Source of the DNA: Squalus acanthias
Taxonomy: Eukaryota
NCBI GenBank assembly: GCA_030390025.1
Contig: CM059433.1
Location: 16,990,001-17,054,000, forward strand
Direction: 5' to 3'
DNA length: 64,000 nt
The notes beneath the pieces were generated by a model. It searched no databases and was not told the origin of the DNA. It saw nothing but the letters and a program-made list of their open reading frames with translations. Of this stretch, positions 37,139 through 50,689 are shown in pieces (the stretch's first letter is position 1; every line of letters begins with the position of its first letter). The translations under genes were made by a program, and so were the position numbers.

Positions 37139-37592
37139 TATATGTGGGTTACAAGTTAGGATGCAAATCAAGTGACTCCATTCGAATTGAGTGCTGTGGA
37201 GCATGGTTGGAGCAGTCAGTAGCCTTAACTAAATGGTAAGTTTTTTGCATCTAATTCGAATATAATCATTGAACTCTGCTCGTTTAAATAGCACATAATT
37301 CAATTGATCAGGGGTCAAAAATCATAGAAAATTGTATCTCTTACTTGAATGACTGCGGCTCCCTGCATGTAATTCAGTGTTGCATGACATTAATTAATAA
37401 AGGTTATCTGTCATGGGACATTTTCACTACAAATCAATGAAAGAAAATTATTGACTACACGAGCGGTCTTGCAAATCATTAAGTCACATTATGCCTTCTA
37501 ATGCAGTGTACGACCATTACCAATGACATCACTTTAGTGTTACATAGCTCAAAGTCTTCTCTCCAAACTCAAGCCATGGTTAGAGGGACGAA

Positions 37593-38335
37593 GGCCCGGA
37601 ATTTGCAATGAGAAAAATGGTGAGGCTGATCACCGTTATACTAGAGGAAATCTGACAGCAATTTCTGGAATATGCACATGTGCGGTTAAACATGGAAATC
37701 CAGTAGTTGCTGCCAGAGATATCCTGCTCCTCCACAAGATGCACTGTTACAGTCCCCACGATTGACTCGGCATTGAAATGACTGCGACGGCATGAACTTG
37801 GGGTACTTGCCTACTAGTTCTACACTAAAAACGGTTGAAAAAGTTATAGCTGGTGCATTGAGGAGTAAGTGAGTTTTTAATGGGGTGATAAGTGATGATT
37901 ACTGCTGAACAACCTCTCTGGCCCTAAAACATTAATTTTACAATTGTGGAGTCTCATTCCCTCAGAAGAAAATGAGTGTTGGAGATTTTCAAAATTTTTT
38001 TATCTCTCTTTCTTAATCCCATCTGTATTTCCCGATCTTTATTTTGCTTTCTGTACATCATCTAAATCTCATTTATATTTCCTGCTTTATACTTCCTGGT
38101 TTGGACTCTGTGTGGCTCAGTGAGAATTCTTCAATCTGATTATTGGTTGAAGAGCCTCACTGTTGCTTGTGCTGCTCACACACGCCACAGATCCCCTGTA
38201 GCGGGTCCCACACTGGAAAAGATGACAGATTAGAGGGAATCTCCATTGACGACCCTGTGAAAAGTCTGTGGGAAGCTGTCAGCGAGGTGAACAAGTGAGT
38301 GCTGATCCTTCGCCGGTGAGAGCAAAGTCCGGGCC
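37593..38335. mobile_element. TIR-bounded non-autonomous DNA transposon
   Basis: GGCCCGGAATTTGC / GCAAAGTCCGGGCC; TSD not preserved. Confidence 0.65.
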
Positions 38336-38863
38336 ATAGTGTATACCTGCAGCACTACCTGTTTTTTACAGTTCAAGTGCACTTAATATAAACATTCTGT
38401 TTGACTCTTGCATTACTTTGTGTTGGCTGTGTAATGAGACAATAAAAATAGCAACATTCTAAAAAATTAATAAAGTTCTCTTATATCTTCCAAATAGAAA
38501 GATAGAAATAAAATACATGTATTACATTGCAATGAGTCCCTTATTTATTGGACAGATTAAAGGTTGGTTAGAATCAAAGAGACAGGAATTTAAAACCGTT
38601 GTATTTTGTTTATGGATTGATTTACTGTGCCTGTCCTTGTGGTTTACTCGTGCATCAATTGATTGCGTCCGTCCTTGCATTCAAATTGTAGGCCGACCGG
38701 CCTGGGTAAATGCAAGAGAACCTGACATTCTAACAGATTTAATAAATCTGATTAAACAGACAATGGCCCTGAATTCATGGTTGAGTAACAATAGGGGGAA
38801 AAAATTAAGATATGTGTCCTTTGCTATGGAGTAGCACTCCCTAGATTGAACTATTTCTTATGT

Positions 38864-39490
38864 TCAGCACAGAAGGAGGCCATTCGGCCCATCGTGTCTG
38901 TGCCGGCTCTTTGACAGAGCTATCCAATTAGTCCCACTCCCTGCTCTTTCCCCACAGCCCTGTAAATTTTTCCTTTTCAAGTATATATCCAATTTCCTTT
39001 TGAAAGTTACTGTTTAATCTCCTTCCACCACCCTTTCAGGTAATGCATTCCAGCTCATAACAACTCTTTCAAAAAATGTCTCCTCATTTCCTCCCTAGAT
39101 CTTTTGCCAATTATCTTAAATCTGCATCCTCTGGTTACCAACCCTCCTGTCAGTGGAAACAGTTTCTCCCTATTTACTCTATCAAAACACTTCATAATTT
39201 TGAACACCTCTATCAAATCTCCCCTTAACCTCTCTGCTCTAAGGAGAACCTCAGCTTCTCTAGTCCCTCCACATAACTGAAGGCCCGCATCCCTGGTACC
39301 ATTCAGGTAAATCTCCTCTGCACCCTCTCCAAGGCCTTGACATGCATCCTAAAATGTGGCACCTAGAATTGGCCAGAATACTTCAGCTGAGGCCTAACCA
39401 GTGATTTATAAAGATTTAGCATATCTTCCTTGGTTTTTTACTCTATGCCTCTATTTATATAGCCAAGGATGCTTTTTTGACAACCATATC
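38864..39490 (-). mobile_element. CR1 LINE 3' fragment
   Basis: Reverse complement closely matches 3720-4317. Confidence 0.88.
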
Positions 39491-40548
39491 AATAGCTTCA
39501 AATCACGCTATACAATATTAGAAACAAATGTGTTAACGTGCTCATATGAAATTCCTTTGTCTACTATTTTAACAAAAGCATTAACTAACCTGTCTTACTA
39601 TCATATGCAAAAGTCATGCGCATGGCACCATTTGTAACACTCCAGGGGGCCAATGTTCACTTGGTAAAATCGATGTTAGCAGGGCAGTATGGGCCTGAAA
39701 ATGGCCGGTAGCTTTATCATAGAATCATAGAATAGTACAGCACAGAAGGGGGCCGTTCAGCCCATCGAGTCTGCACCAGCTCTTTCGCCACGATAACCCT
39801 GATGATTGACTTTCACAGGGGCCTACTGCTAGGCCCTCTGTTTCAGGAGATAGTGGCCTTTTAACATGTAAATTGGGGTTCTATGATGAACAGAGGGACA
39901 AAAAAAAAAAGCCCAGCTGATTCATCGGGTCAGCTGTATTGCAACTAGGCAACATGACCACCAGGGTTCGACACCCACCAGCAGCCATGTAATCTCCCGG
40001 GAGAGGCAGACAACCAGATTGGAAAAAAAAACACTACACCAATTCAGATAAAAAGAAATTCTGAGAAATTTATCTAGGACCCATGAAGGTGATCAAAAAA
40101 CAAGTTCCAGGAGATAACAATGACCAAAAGATACATTATCCAACATCCCACCTCCCTTTTGCATGCAGTGATAGTGGCCTCTTCCAGGAACTTGCTGAGC
40201 TCCCTTTCTGAACGCTTGCAACGAATCTGCACCCACTCCATGAGCAGTAACTTATTCCAAAGGTCAGTGAAAAACCTCCTGACATCTAACCTAGTTCTAT
40301 GCTTACATAGCTTGTATGATTGTCACTTCATTATTCCTAATTTATCTCATTCAAATAATCTGCCCACGTGTATGCAGTCCAGTGCTTTCATCATTTTAAA
40401 TACTTCAGTTAAGTCTTCCCAAAGTCTGCGCTTTCCTATAGTGAAAAATTCCAGCTCTGTGAGAATATTGTGATAGCTAAGGGTTGTTAAACTAGGTATT
40501 AATCTAGTAAGTCTCCTCTGAACCTTTTCTAGGGCCTATATATATCCC

Positions 40549-41653
40549 TGATGTGGAGATGCCGGTGTTGGACTGGGGTGGACAAATGTGAGAAGTCGCA
40601 CAACACCAGGTTATAGTCCAACAGTTTTATTTGAAATCACAAGCTTTCGGAGCGCTGCTCCTTCGTCAGGTGAAGTGACGAAGGAGCAGCGCTCCGAAAG
40701 CTTGTGATTTCAAATAAAACTGTTGGGGGTAAAAATTCAGTTGGTTGTGCCTCCCGTTAGCGCCTTAAGAGGGCGCTAATGGGGCGCAAAGCCGCTAACG
40801 CCCGGGTGCAGCGATGTTTGCGCCGCTCGGGAACTTAACTAGACATTGTGCGGCGGCGCTAAACTTTACCGCTGCGACCACCTGCGCGCGCAGATTGTGA
40901 CGTCATTCCATGGTGCAACGCCCTTGTGGCGCCCCGGAGCGGAAATTGAGTGGCGCCCCCTGCCTTACCGCCTGACGCTAGCAACGACCAGAAGACTGGA
41001 ACGCTATCAATCGCTGTGGGGCTTGGGGGGGCGCTATTTAAAGGGGGCCTCTTCCTGTCTTTTATTGTTGGTGGCATTTTTGAACTACGCATTCTGAGAG
41101 AGAGAGGGAGAGACTTCTGGAGAGATTCAACGTTGTGTGAAGGAGTTTTGGGTACTGAGCAGCACTTTGCAGGTTCATTTTGATTTGCCATTCCTTGTAT
41201 CGATTTAGAAGAGACTGTGGGAGCTGCACTCTGAGCTCTTTGCCTGGTACTCTCCATTGTTCTTTCCAGCACATTTGATGTGCAAGTCTCTCCAGGCCGA
41301 GATTCAAGGCTGCAATGAACAGGATGTGGATGGAAAGCAAGATTAACCATCCCCTTTAAGAACTGGCCCGTGCCATTGTGTGTGTGTTCCATTGCTGACT
41401 GACATTACATGAGCTTCGCCAGCGCTCTGAGTTAGCGCCTCACTCCTTGGCCTTTGCGCCTTAAGACAGGTGTGCAGTGCCTGCTTTAGCGCTCCACTCA
41501 CCTCCCGGGGCGGTAAAAGTGAAGTTTCCAGTCAGTGCCGATAATTAGCGCCAGGCGCTAATATTTGCGTCCAGACGATATTTGCGCCCCAAATGGGGCG
41601 CGACCTAATTTCTACCCCTTGGACTATAACCTGGTGTTGTGCGACTTCTCACA
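40549..41653. mobile_element. Penelope family A short fold-back insertion interrupted by a Harbinger-type element
   Basis: Tail plus arm 40549-40675, inverted arm 40676-40725 continuing at 41622-41653. TSD TATATATATCCC at 40537-40548 and 41654-41665. Intact minus-strand hammerhead at 40637-40673. Confidence 0.88.
40726..41618. mobile_element. Non-autonomous Harbinger-type element (inverted homolog of 4321-5198)
   Basis: TIRs GGGGTAAAAATT / AATTTCTACCCC; TSD TTG at 40723-40725 and 41619-41621. Confidence 0.88.
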
Positions 41654-41696
41654 TATATATATCCCACCATGGAAGAGGACCAGAACTAGCCACAGT

Positions 41697-41824
41697 GGGT
41701 GAAATTCTCAACTTTGTCAGGGATGGATGTAAAACTGACAGTATCGGATCGGCTACCCGTTACACGCCCCACCCGATTTTAATTTCCAGTTTACGCTCCC
41801 CTGCCAAAGTTGAAAGATCCATCC
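41697..41824. mobile_element. 128-bp MITE
   Basis: Imperfect TIRs GGGTGAAATTCTCAACTTTG / CAAAGTTGAAAGATCCATCC; TSD AGT; splits the CR1 sequence. Confidence 0.7.
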
Positions 41825-44800
41825 AGTGTTCCAGATGAGGCCTAACCAGGGTCTTGTAAAAGGGGAACTATGGCGTTATTTGTTTTATATTGTATTGCTT
41901 TAGTTATATGTCCTAATACCCTACTTGCTTTCGCTGTAGCCTCTCGGCACTGATCGTAGACCTTTAGAGACTGGTGCACTACAACACCCAGATCTCTTTC
42001 CCTCTAGACAGACTTTAATTCAGAGCCCAGCATGGTATACACATGCTTGGAATTACACCTACCCACATGCATTGCACTACATTTATCTACATTAAATGTC
42101 ACCTGCCAAATGCGGGCCCATTCCCCCACCGTATCTAGATCAGATTGTAATTTTTTTTGTCAACTTTTTTAAGGGTTCTGACAGCAGCGCAGATCTTCAT
42201 GTCATCTGTAAATTTACAGACGTTATCCCCAAATTAAAATATAATCATCTTTAGTTAACATCCTATAACTTGAAAACAAAACTGCTACTTTTTTCCCATA
42301 ATTTTGCCACTTTAACCAGTACTTCATCGAAGAACCATAGAGGTTTACAGGGCGGAGGGAAGCGCTGTGACCCATTGTGTCGGTGCCAGCTCTTTTATAG
42401 TGCATTCCACAACCTTTCTCATTGCCCTGCGCTCTCCCCATACTCCTGGAATAAATATTTTTTCATCATACAGTATATAAAACAATGGTATTTTACAGTA
42501 ATCCACTGCAGATTAAATTCCAGTTATCTTGCAGCAATTACATCATAAATGTATTCTGTCAAAATGGATGCCATCATCCATCAACTAAATGGAGTGTCTT
42601 CTCCATCAATATTCTCTCTGACCCCCATCAACATCCCCCATGAGACGTGCTGGAGAGGGGGAGGGGAATATACCTTCCCCAAAACAGCAACTTATTACTT
42701 TTTAAGTGACACTGATGTTGTTATAAATAATAATGAAACACAGGTCCGTAAAGTGATTACCGAGAAAGTAATCACTGGGTAACTTGGAACCACTTGAGTT
42801 TTGCTCTTCTGATTAATGTCACCATCTGAACCATTGGATCAAATGAATTTTCTCAATCATTTCCATACACCCATTTTCCTGTATTTAGAACCATGCAGAG
42901 TTTTAGTCTGTGAACAAAGTGATGGGACGGTCTATTGTGACCAAAAGATGACAATTGAAAACATTTAACATAATTTTTATTTTTTAATGTCAGAATTAAG
43001 TATGAAAAATGTACGGCTAGAAACTGGAGCCCTTTGGAAAATTAATTGTCACTTGAGTCCATAAACATTAGCTGACACCAAAAATACAATTAAACTGAGG
43101 ATACCACACCCTCCTGTTAGAAAGCCGGGAAGACATTTTAGCAGCCAGTTGGGAGCTGCTCCATTATTAATTGATTGTCGATGTTTTTCATTCACCTGTA
43201 TTTGGATTAATCCTACAAATAGTTGTTACTACACCACTTCCAATGCTGATACTGTACAATATTACTGAATTTGAATCAAAAGAATTAAACACTTTCCCAA
43301 AAGCTGGAGGAAAAATAACACACCCTTTTCATATTTATTTGTCTTTTCAGATGCACACTGGCAGGAGTTTAACAGCAGTAATGTTTTATCTATATTTCAT
43401 TCAGGATTCAATATATATAGCGGGCATAAGCTCAGCCCACAGACTCTGGGACCTCAGCTTTTACTGTGCGCAGTCACTGTTATGAACTGTGCATTGTTTA
43501 AGGTGGTTTAAAGCACACACAACCTTGGAACCAACTTCACGTAATATCTTTGTAACAGGATGTACGGATCTAAACAAAATTAAGCATTAAACAGAAAGCC
43601 CAAGCGTTTTGCCTATTGGACACTAAAGGGCTGCATTTTCTGTCTATTGACAATGAATGGATGGAAAATCCAGCCCTGTAAGCTGATTGCTAGTACTCTG
43701 TAATTCCATGGACTGACACCATGTGGACCTAAAGCCCATTAATAATAGAAAACAGAAGCCATAATATGAAAAAAAAAATCAATATGAAGCCTCAGACACA
43801 TTTTATCGACATCCCCGGGGAAACCAGCCATTCGATCGCAGGGCGTTATAGAAGCAATTGCCAGACTGAACAGGGCTGTTACTAAAAAAAATCAATCAGG
43901 TTGGAAAATATTTCACCAAGGTCTTAATCAACTGAAAACCCTCAGTAATGGTAGAATAATGGATGTCAAGGGAAATGCTGATTATGTTTGCATTCTGTGT
44001 TATAATAATTGTAAATCTAGTAAGAAGTAATAAAAAGTCTGTAAAACTCAATTAATTTTGCTAAACAGCAAAATTTGAGACAAGAGTCACTGAAGGTTTC
44101 GCTAGCACCTGCTTTCCTCAGATGTTGCCAGTGAGCTAATATGTGAATAGACACCATTAGGGCCCGTTTTTTCATTATCTCAGAAGGTTATCGGGTTTCA
44201 CTTTCTTACACCGCGGGATTGTTTTAATTTTTCTGAGGATGATACATGGGCGCTCCGTCAAAGGATTCAGGAAGCAGCTGTTTCTGCAGTAAAAACCAAT
44301 CCTTTGATGACTTGTTTGTTCTCACTCAGTGTTCCCCTTCAGTACCTGCCTGTACCGGTGTTGGGCCGAGTTCAGCCCAAGTATCTGGTATGATCTAGAC
44401 AATGAAGCTGTCATAATTACGATTCTTGTCTCACATCCCCTACAGGGCCAAACTTTAACAGTAGTTGCTACAACACTCGTGAAGGTAAAAAGAAAAACCA
44501 CGAGTGCTGAAAATCTGATCTAAAAACAGAAAATGCTGCAAATACACAGCAGATCCATCAGCATCTGAAAAAGAGGACTCCCCTCCTCTTCTTCAAATCA
44601 TGCCATGGGATTTTTTTTTATGTCCACCTGAGAGAGTAGACGGGCCCTCGGTTTAACGTCTCATCCGAAAGACGGCACCTCCGACAGTGCAGCGCTCCCT
44701 CAGCACTGCACTGAAGTAAGTGTCAGCCTAGATTATGTTAATATTCCCAGAACACAGTTAATGATTAGACCCAACTCCGTATCCCATTCGTGATGATTTC

Positions 44801-45574
44801 CAACAACTATCAGACACTGTGGAACATATGTTTCAGGGACAATGTCCCATTCACACTCAACCTACTTTGCCTCAGGCCTATTTCCATATTCAATTGCAAT
44901 AAAGTAATTAAACAAACGTTAACAATGCTACATACTATTATTTTACAAATAGTTTAAAGTTTATCAGATGAGGCCATTGACCTTTGCATATGGATCAATA
45001 ATTGTTATATTATCGCTAAACTTCCTTAACAACTTTTATTTCCTAAAGGTTATATTCTTAGATTCTGCTGATTAATGGTAGAATGTATGAATTGTGATGT
45101 CTGGGAGTTGAGATGCAAAATCTCTTCAATAATTTTCAAGCAATGTGAGTGATTAAAAAAGGTTGCATATGTTATAATAAGTAAAGGATTTCATAAAGAT
45201 AGAGGAGCCCTTATACTCTTCAAGAGAAATCTACAGAATTTCTAAAACGAACTTGGGATCATAAACCTCTGCATAATTTACCACTGTCCATATGTTAGTC
45301 TACGTGTTATATCATTTCACAACTGCCCGCTCTGGTTCCATTCAATTGTGACTTTTGAGGGCAGATGTTTATGACTCCCATATGAAATAAATCCCATCTG
45401 GAAAAGGGACGCAACAATGACCAATTCCTACCCCTTAGAGTCTTATTCCATTGTTGAAATGCCTCAAAAGTGCTTCATCAAAAATGTAAGTTTCAGAGTC
45501 CAGTGACTTGTCATGTAGACAAAATATGAAGAGTAATGAAGAACAAATAATGAATAATGAACAAATAATGAAAG

Positions 45575-46140
45575 CAAAACTGTGGCAGTTGGAGTTCAAT
45601 ATGGGGAAGTGTGAAGCCATCCGCTTTCAACCAAAGAAAGATAGGTTGGAGTATTTTCTAAAGAAAAGAAAGACTTGCATTTATATAGCGCCTTTCATGA
45701 CCACTGGACGTCCCAAAGCGCTTTACAGCCAATGAAGTACTTTTGAAGTGTAGTCACTGTTGTAATGTGGGAATGTTAAGAAGCTCAGGAACTGTGGAGG
45801 AGCAGAGAGATTTAGGGGTCCATGGACAGAACTCTCCTCTATTTCCTCTGGTGGGAGAGTCCAGAACAAGGGGCATGACCTTAAAACTAGAGCTAGCCCA
45901 TTCAGGGATAATATCAGGAAGCACGTCTTCACACAAAGGGTAGTGGAAATCTGGAACTCTCTCCCGTAAAAAACTGTTGAGGCTGGGGGGTCAATTGATT
46001 TTTTTCTAGGTAAGTGTATCAAGGGATATGGAACCAAGGCAGATAAATGAAGAAAGGATACAGATCAGCCATGATCTAACTAATTGGTGGAACAAGCTTG
46101 GAGGGGCTGAATGGCCTACTCCTGTTTCGATGTTCCTATG
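45575..46140 (+). mobile_element. CR1 3' fragment with internal deletions and an inserted SINE tail (45662-45773, minus)
   Basis: WQLEFNMGKCE, EQRDLGV and LFPLVGESRTRG motifs, then the CR1 tail. Confidence 0.75.
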
Positions 46141-46795
46141 TAACAATTCAGCCAAATTCAAAAGAATTTCGATATATAAAGTCACGAGGCCAACAGGAAG
46201 CAAAATCCATTAATTGTAGATCAGCGTAAAACAATTACAATGGGAGCAAAGCATCAAAGAACGAATATTGTTCCAGTCTGCTGGTCAAGAAAGTGGATAA
46301 ATCTATGAAACAGCACAGTGCTTAGTTGTATGAGAAAGGCCTATTATGTATTATGTTGCATTATCAAAGGAATAGAATACAAATCTAAAAGCTTTTATAT
46401 TGCTCTTCAGTCGCTGGCTCCTATGCTTCAGGTCTCCTACAGCAATCAGCTACAGCAAGGTATACTGCCAGAATATTTTAGACCACTGCAAAGGATGACT
46501 TTTTTTGGTGTGTTTTCCTGGCTGCCAGTTGTCTAATTGGGGCCAGTAAATGCGCTGCTGCAGAGGCAGCTGTGCGCTACGGCGATGGCATCACAGTGTT
46601 GCATGCCGCAATCACACACGATATCTTCTCATTATTATCTTCACAGTGGCATATTGACACAACATTGTGACACCACAACAGTACACAAGCTCACTGGTCA
46701 AAATGTCACAACCAGCCTGTGTCTGCACGGAACGTTGGGTCCCCACATTGCAACCGGTTTATAGGAAGACTAGCTGCATGTTACAAAATACTAGT

Positions 46796-47460
46796 GGCCC
46801 GTATTTTCCGATCGGAGCTTCCTGCGTGCGGAGGCCTCCGATCTGGAAAAAAAATCTACAAACTTACCTGAGGGCTCCCGAGGTGCGTACACTTCCGCTC
46901 CTGGGCCTCTCCAAACTCGAAATGCGCAGGGCCCACGTATCCCAGAGGCGCATGCAGTTCGCAAGCGTCCCTGGGATCACGTGGGCCAGGCCAGCCAATA
47001 GCAGAAGGGAATCCCCCTTCATACTTTTGACAGATAGACCTGTCAAATATATGAATGGAGATCACCCCAAAAACACAGTAAAACATTAAATACATTTTTA
47101 AAAGCATCACGTTTTTAAAATGAGTTAAAATTACAATAAATGTAATATTTTAAACAAAAATTTAATATTTTGAAAAAATTAAAGTTTTTACGGGGCTAAA
47201 AATAAACTTACCTTTTTTAAAAGTATTGTTAAAATCTAAATGAGTGAAAAAACATTTTTTTAAACTTTTTTTCAACTCTGACGCTTACGCCTGCTTTTAC
47301 CAGGTGTAAAATTTCTAAGGGTTTTCAGCGGGCGGAGGTTCTGCAGAAAGCGGAACTCGCTGCCCGCAGAGGCCCTTCTCTAGAGCATTCTTGACAGATC
47401 GGAAATGCCGGTTTTCAGCACATGCTCGTACACACCCGTAGGCATCGGAAAATACGGGCC
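46796..47460. mobile_element. Non-autonomous Harbinger-type element
   Basis: Perfect 17-bp TIRs GGCCCGTATTTTCCGAT / ATCGGAAAATACGGGCC; flanks AGT / AAT. Confidence 0.85.
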
Positions 47461-48547
47461 AATGTCTTAGTTAGCTTGTGTTCCCAAGATCTGGGCTGCA
47501 ATTTCAAAGTAGTTAAAGAGAAGGTATTGTTGCTATATAAGGTGTTGGTCTGACCCCATCTGGAAAACTCTGCATTTCTAGTTTCCCAATCATCGGAAGG
47601 ATATTAACGCCCTTCAGAAGATACTGAAATTATGAGGAAAAAATAAGAAAGTTGGGCTTGTTTTCTTGAAGAGGAAATTTATAGGTGATCAATTTGAAGT
47701 TTTCAAGATCATGCAGCGAATCGACAAGGCACATTGTTCACCATGGTTAAGAATAAAGTTAGGAATAAGGCGGCTAGTCAGGTGCAGCTTTTCACTCAAA
47801 TGGGAATAGAGATGAATAATAAGTTGCCAGGGAAGTCCACTGAAGGGTATGGAATAAAAATTCAAGACACAGTCAGGTGTTTCTGGCGAGAGGAGGGGTT
47901 GAGAAATGGTGAGAGGTGGGTAGGTGGGTTAATCTACCAAAAATACTTGAGTTGGTTGGGCCTAAAGGGCTTTCCTAGGCCTAAAAATTATTTTGTTCTA
48001 TTTCATATAAGATTGTGAGGTAAAGAAGCCAAGCCTAGATTCTCAAGTGCATCGGAGATTATCATTTCACTGTAATTACTCATTAACAAGGATCAGTTGG
48101 ACTGTGGCTGTATTTTGAAAACTATTTTAGTCACAATGTGGCAATTTCCTAGTTACAGTTGGCCAGTTTGATGAGTGGTAATGAGTAACGAACGTTCCTT
48201 CAAGATTATTTGATTTTTTTTTTGCCTGTTGGCAGTTCATAAACATGAAAAAAGAGACAACAAAATTCATACACATTAATGTTTGTAACAATTTCTGTTT
48301 TATTTAGGAATTTTAATGGAGATCATTTTCACTGAAATGACAATAACATGGGACCCTGCACAATGACAGTGCCACCTAGTGCTGGGTGCACACTGTTTCC
48401 TTAGAACTCAGTCCATAGGTATAGTAAGCATTTAATAGTGGTTACACAACAAGGAAGTATTTAGACAGACACAGCTATGAGACTTCATATAAATTTAGGA
48501 TCTCATTCTTTGTTATGTACCAAGCATGTAGTTTTCCAATAATGTTT

Positions 48548-49452
48548 TTTTTATTCGTTTATGAGATGTGGGCGTCGCTGGCAAGGCCAGCATTTATTGC
48601 CCATCCCTAATTGCTCTTGAGAAGGTGGTGGTGAGCCGCCTTCTTGAACCGCTGCAGTCCGTGTGGTGAAGGTACTCCCACCGTGCTGTTAGGGAGGGAG
48701 TTCCAGGATATTGACCCAGTGACGATGAAGGATCGGCAATATATTTCCAAGTCAGGATGGTGTGTGACTTGGAGGTGGTGGTGTTCCCATGCGCCTGCCG
48801 CCCTTGTCCTTCTAGGTGGAAGAGGTCGCGGGTTTGGGAGGTGCTGCCGAAGAAGCCTTGGCGAGTTGCTGCAGTGCATCTTGTAGATGGTACACACTGC
48901 AGCCACGGTACGCCGGTGGTGGAGGGAGTGAATGTTTAAGGTGGTGGATGGGGTGGCAATCAAGCGGGCTGCTTTGTCCTAGATGGTGTCAAGCTTCTTG
49001 AGTGTTGTTGCAGCTGCACTTATCCATGCAAGTGGAGAGTATTCCATCACACTCCTTACTTGTGCCTTGTAGATGGTGGAAAGGCTTTGGGGAGTTAGGA
49101 GGTGAGACACTCGCCGCAGAATACCTAGCCTCTGACCTGCTCTTGTTGCCACAGTATTTATGTGGCTGGTCCAGTTAAGTTTCTGGTCAATGGTGACCCC
49201 CAGGATGTTGATGGTGGGGGATTCAGCGATGGTAATGCCGTTGAATGTCAAGGGGAGGTGGTTAGACTCTCGCTTGTTGGAGATAGTCATTGCCTGGCAC
49301 TTCTGCGGCGCGAATGTTACCTGCCACTTATCAGCCCAAGCCTGAACGTCATCCAGGTCTTGTTGCATGCGGGCATGGACTGCTTCATTATCTGAGGAGT
49401 TGTGAATGGCACTGAACACTGTGCAGTCATCAGCGAACATCCCCATTTCTGA
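48548..49452 (-). mobile_element. 5'-truncated non-LTR retrotransposon
   Basis: MFADD-containing RT C-terminus nearly identical to 22495-23405; TSD CCAATAATGTTT at 48536-48547 and 49453-49464. Confidence 0.92.
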
Positions 49453-50689
49453 CCAATAATGTTTGTTCTAAATAATGTACTGTTCTACCCAGACTAAGCA
49501 GCAATATTAGCGTAGTTACTACATCTTTGTACTACATCTTTGTAGCTCATATCACCAGACTGCTCATTACATCACTTCACAGCCCCATGGTACAGCAGTG
49601 GTAAATTTCAGCCCTTAAGCCGCTATATTTCAAGCACTGAAATATATACAATGAAAAAAAATAGTTGAGAAGGCAATTAAAGGTCATAATTCAATCAAAG
49701 GGCTTTGTACTGAGCTGTATATATTACAGAAGCATTGCTCTTGTGGTTTACGACCTTATCAGAACCCCCTAATTAAATTACAGCCCTGTAACTCCTTCCA
49801 AAGTAACCATTATTTTTTAGTTACAGCATACACTTGGATCGGAAACAGGAAAGATATTTTTCATGTCTCCACAATTAAGAAGTTATAAAACTGTGGAATT
49901 AAATTTTATTTTTTTAAAACATCTAACCTGAACAGAGTATGTACCAGGCAGCTGCTGGTCTTTACATATTTTCAATACATTTCACAGACAAGGTAAAAAT
50001 ATATAAGTATACAACGATCTTAATATAGGAGTATTGTATACCTGTAGCAGTAGCATATAACGAATAGAAGTTGCACATTATTTAATCGCTCAGGAATGTA
50101 ATACACCTCATTGTTGCGAATTAGAGAATGCTTCTTTATGCAGGAACAAGTTCATTGTGATCAGGAATTCCTGGCGTTTGGGACATAAACGCCTGTCTAT
50201 TACAATACAACTTTAAAGTGGAATTGTAGCCAATAATCCATCAAAATTCATATTCCTAATGATGTAAAACAGAAGCTATGTCAGGGTTCCTACTCTCTTG
50301 TTCAAGGTAAATCAAAGGTGGGCTGAACATCAGGGACCAGTTTCCAATAATGTGGCTTTTGAACCATTTCCAAGGTAAAATATATATTAAGATTGTATCT
50401 TTGACACTGTTTAAAAAAAACCCACGTGTTTAGATTCAAGAAATTTCTCATAATAATGCTTTTTAAAGTGCAGTGACCAGACTAAGTTTATCATTGTTAA
50501 ACAATGTAAACTGTAATGAAAATGTTGAAAAGCTGTTCTGACTCATAATCAATTGCAGTTTATTTAATTTAGGAGTTGTGTGCGCATCAGTTTAAGGACC
50601 TATATTTCATAAGTAAGTCTGTTCTGTTTTTCTCACTGTCAATGCTAAAAAATGTTGTGAATGTTATTGTTTGTCAACCAGTTTTAATA

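Larger units (their letters stand above)
40190..42235 (-). mobile_element. Older CR1 fragment hosting nested insertions
   Basis: CR1 ORF2-like sequence continues on both sides of the inserts at 40549-41653 and 41697-41824. Confidence 0.7.
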
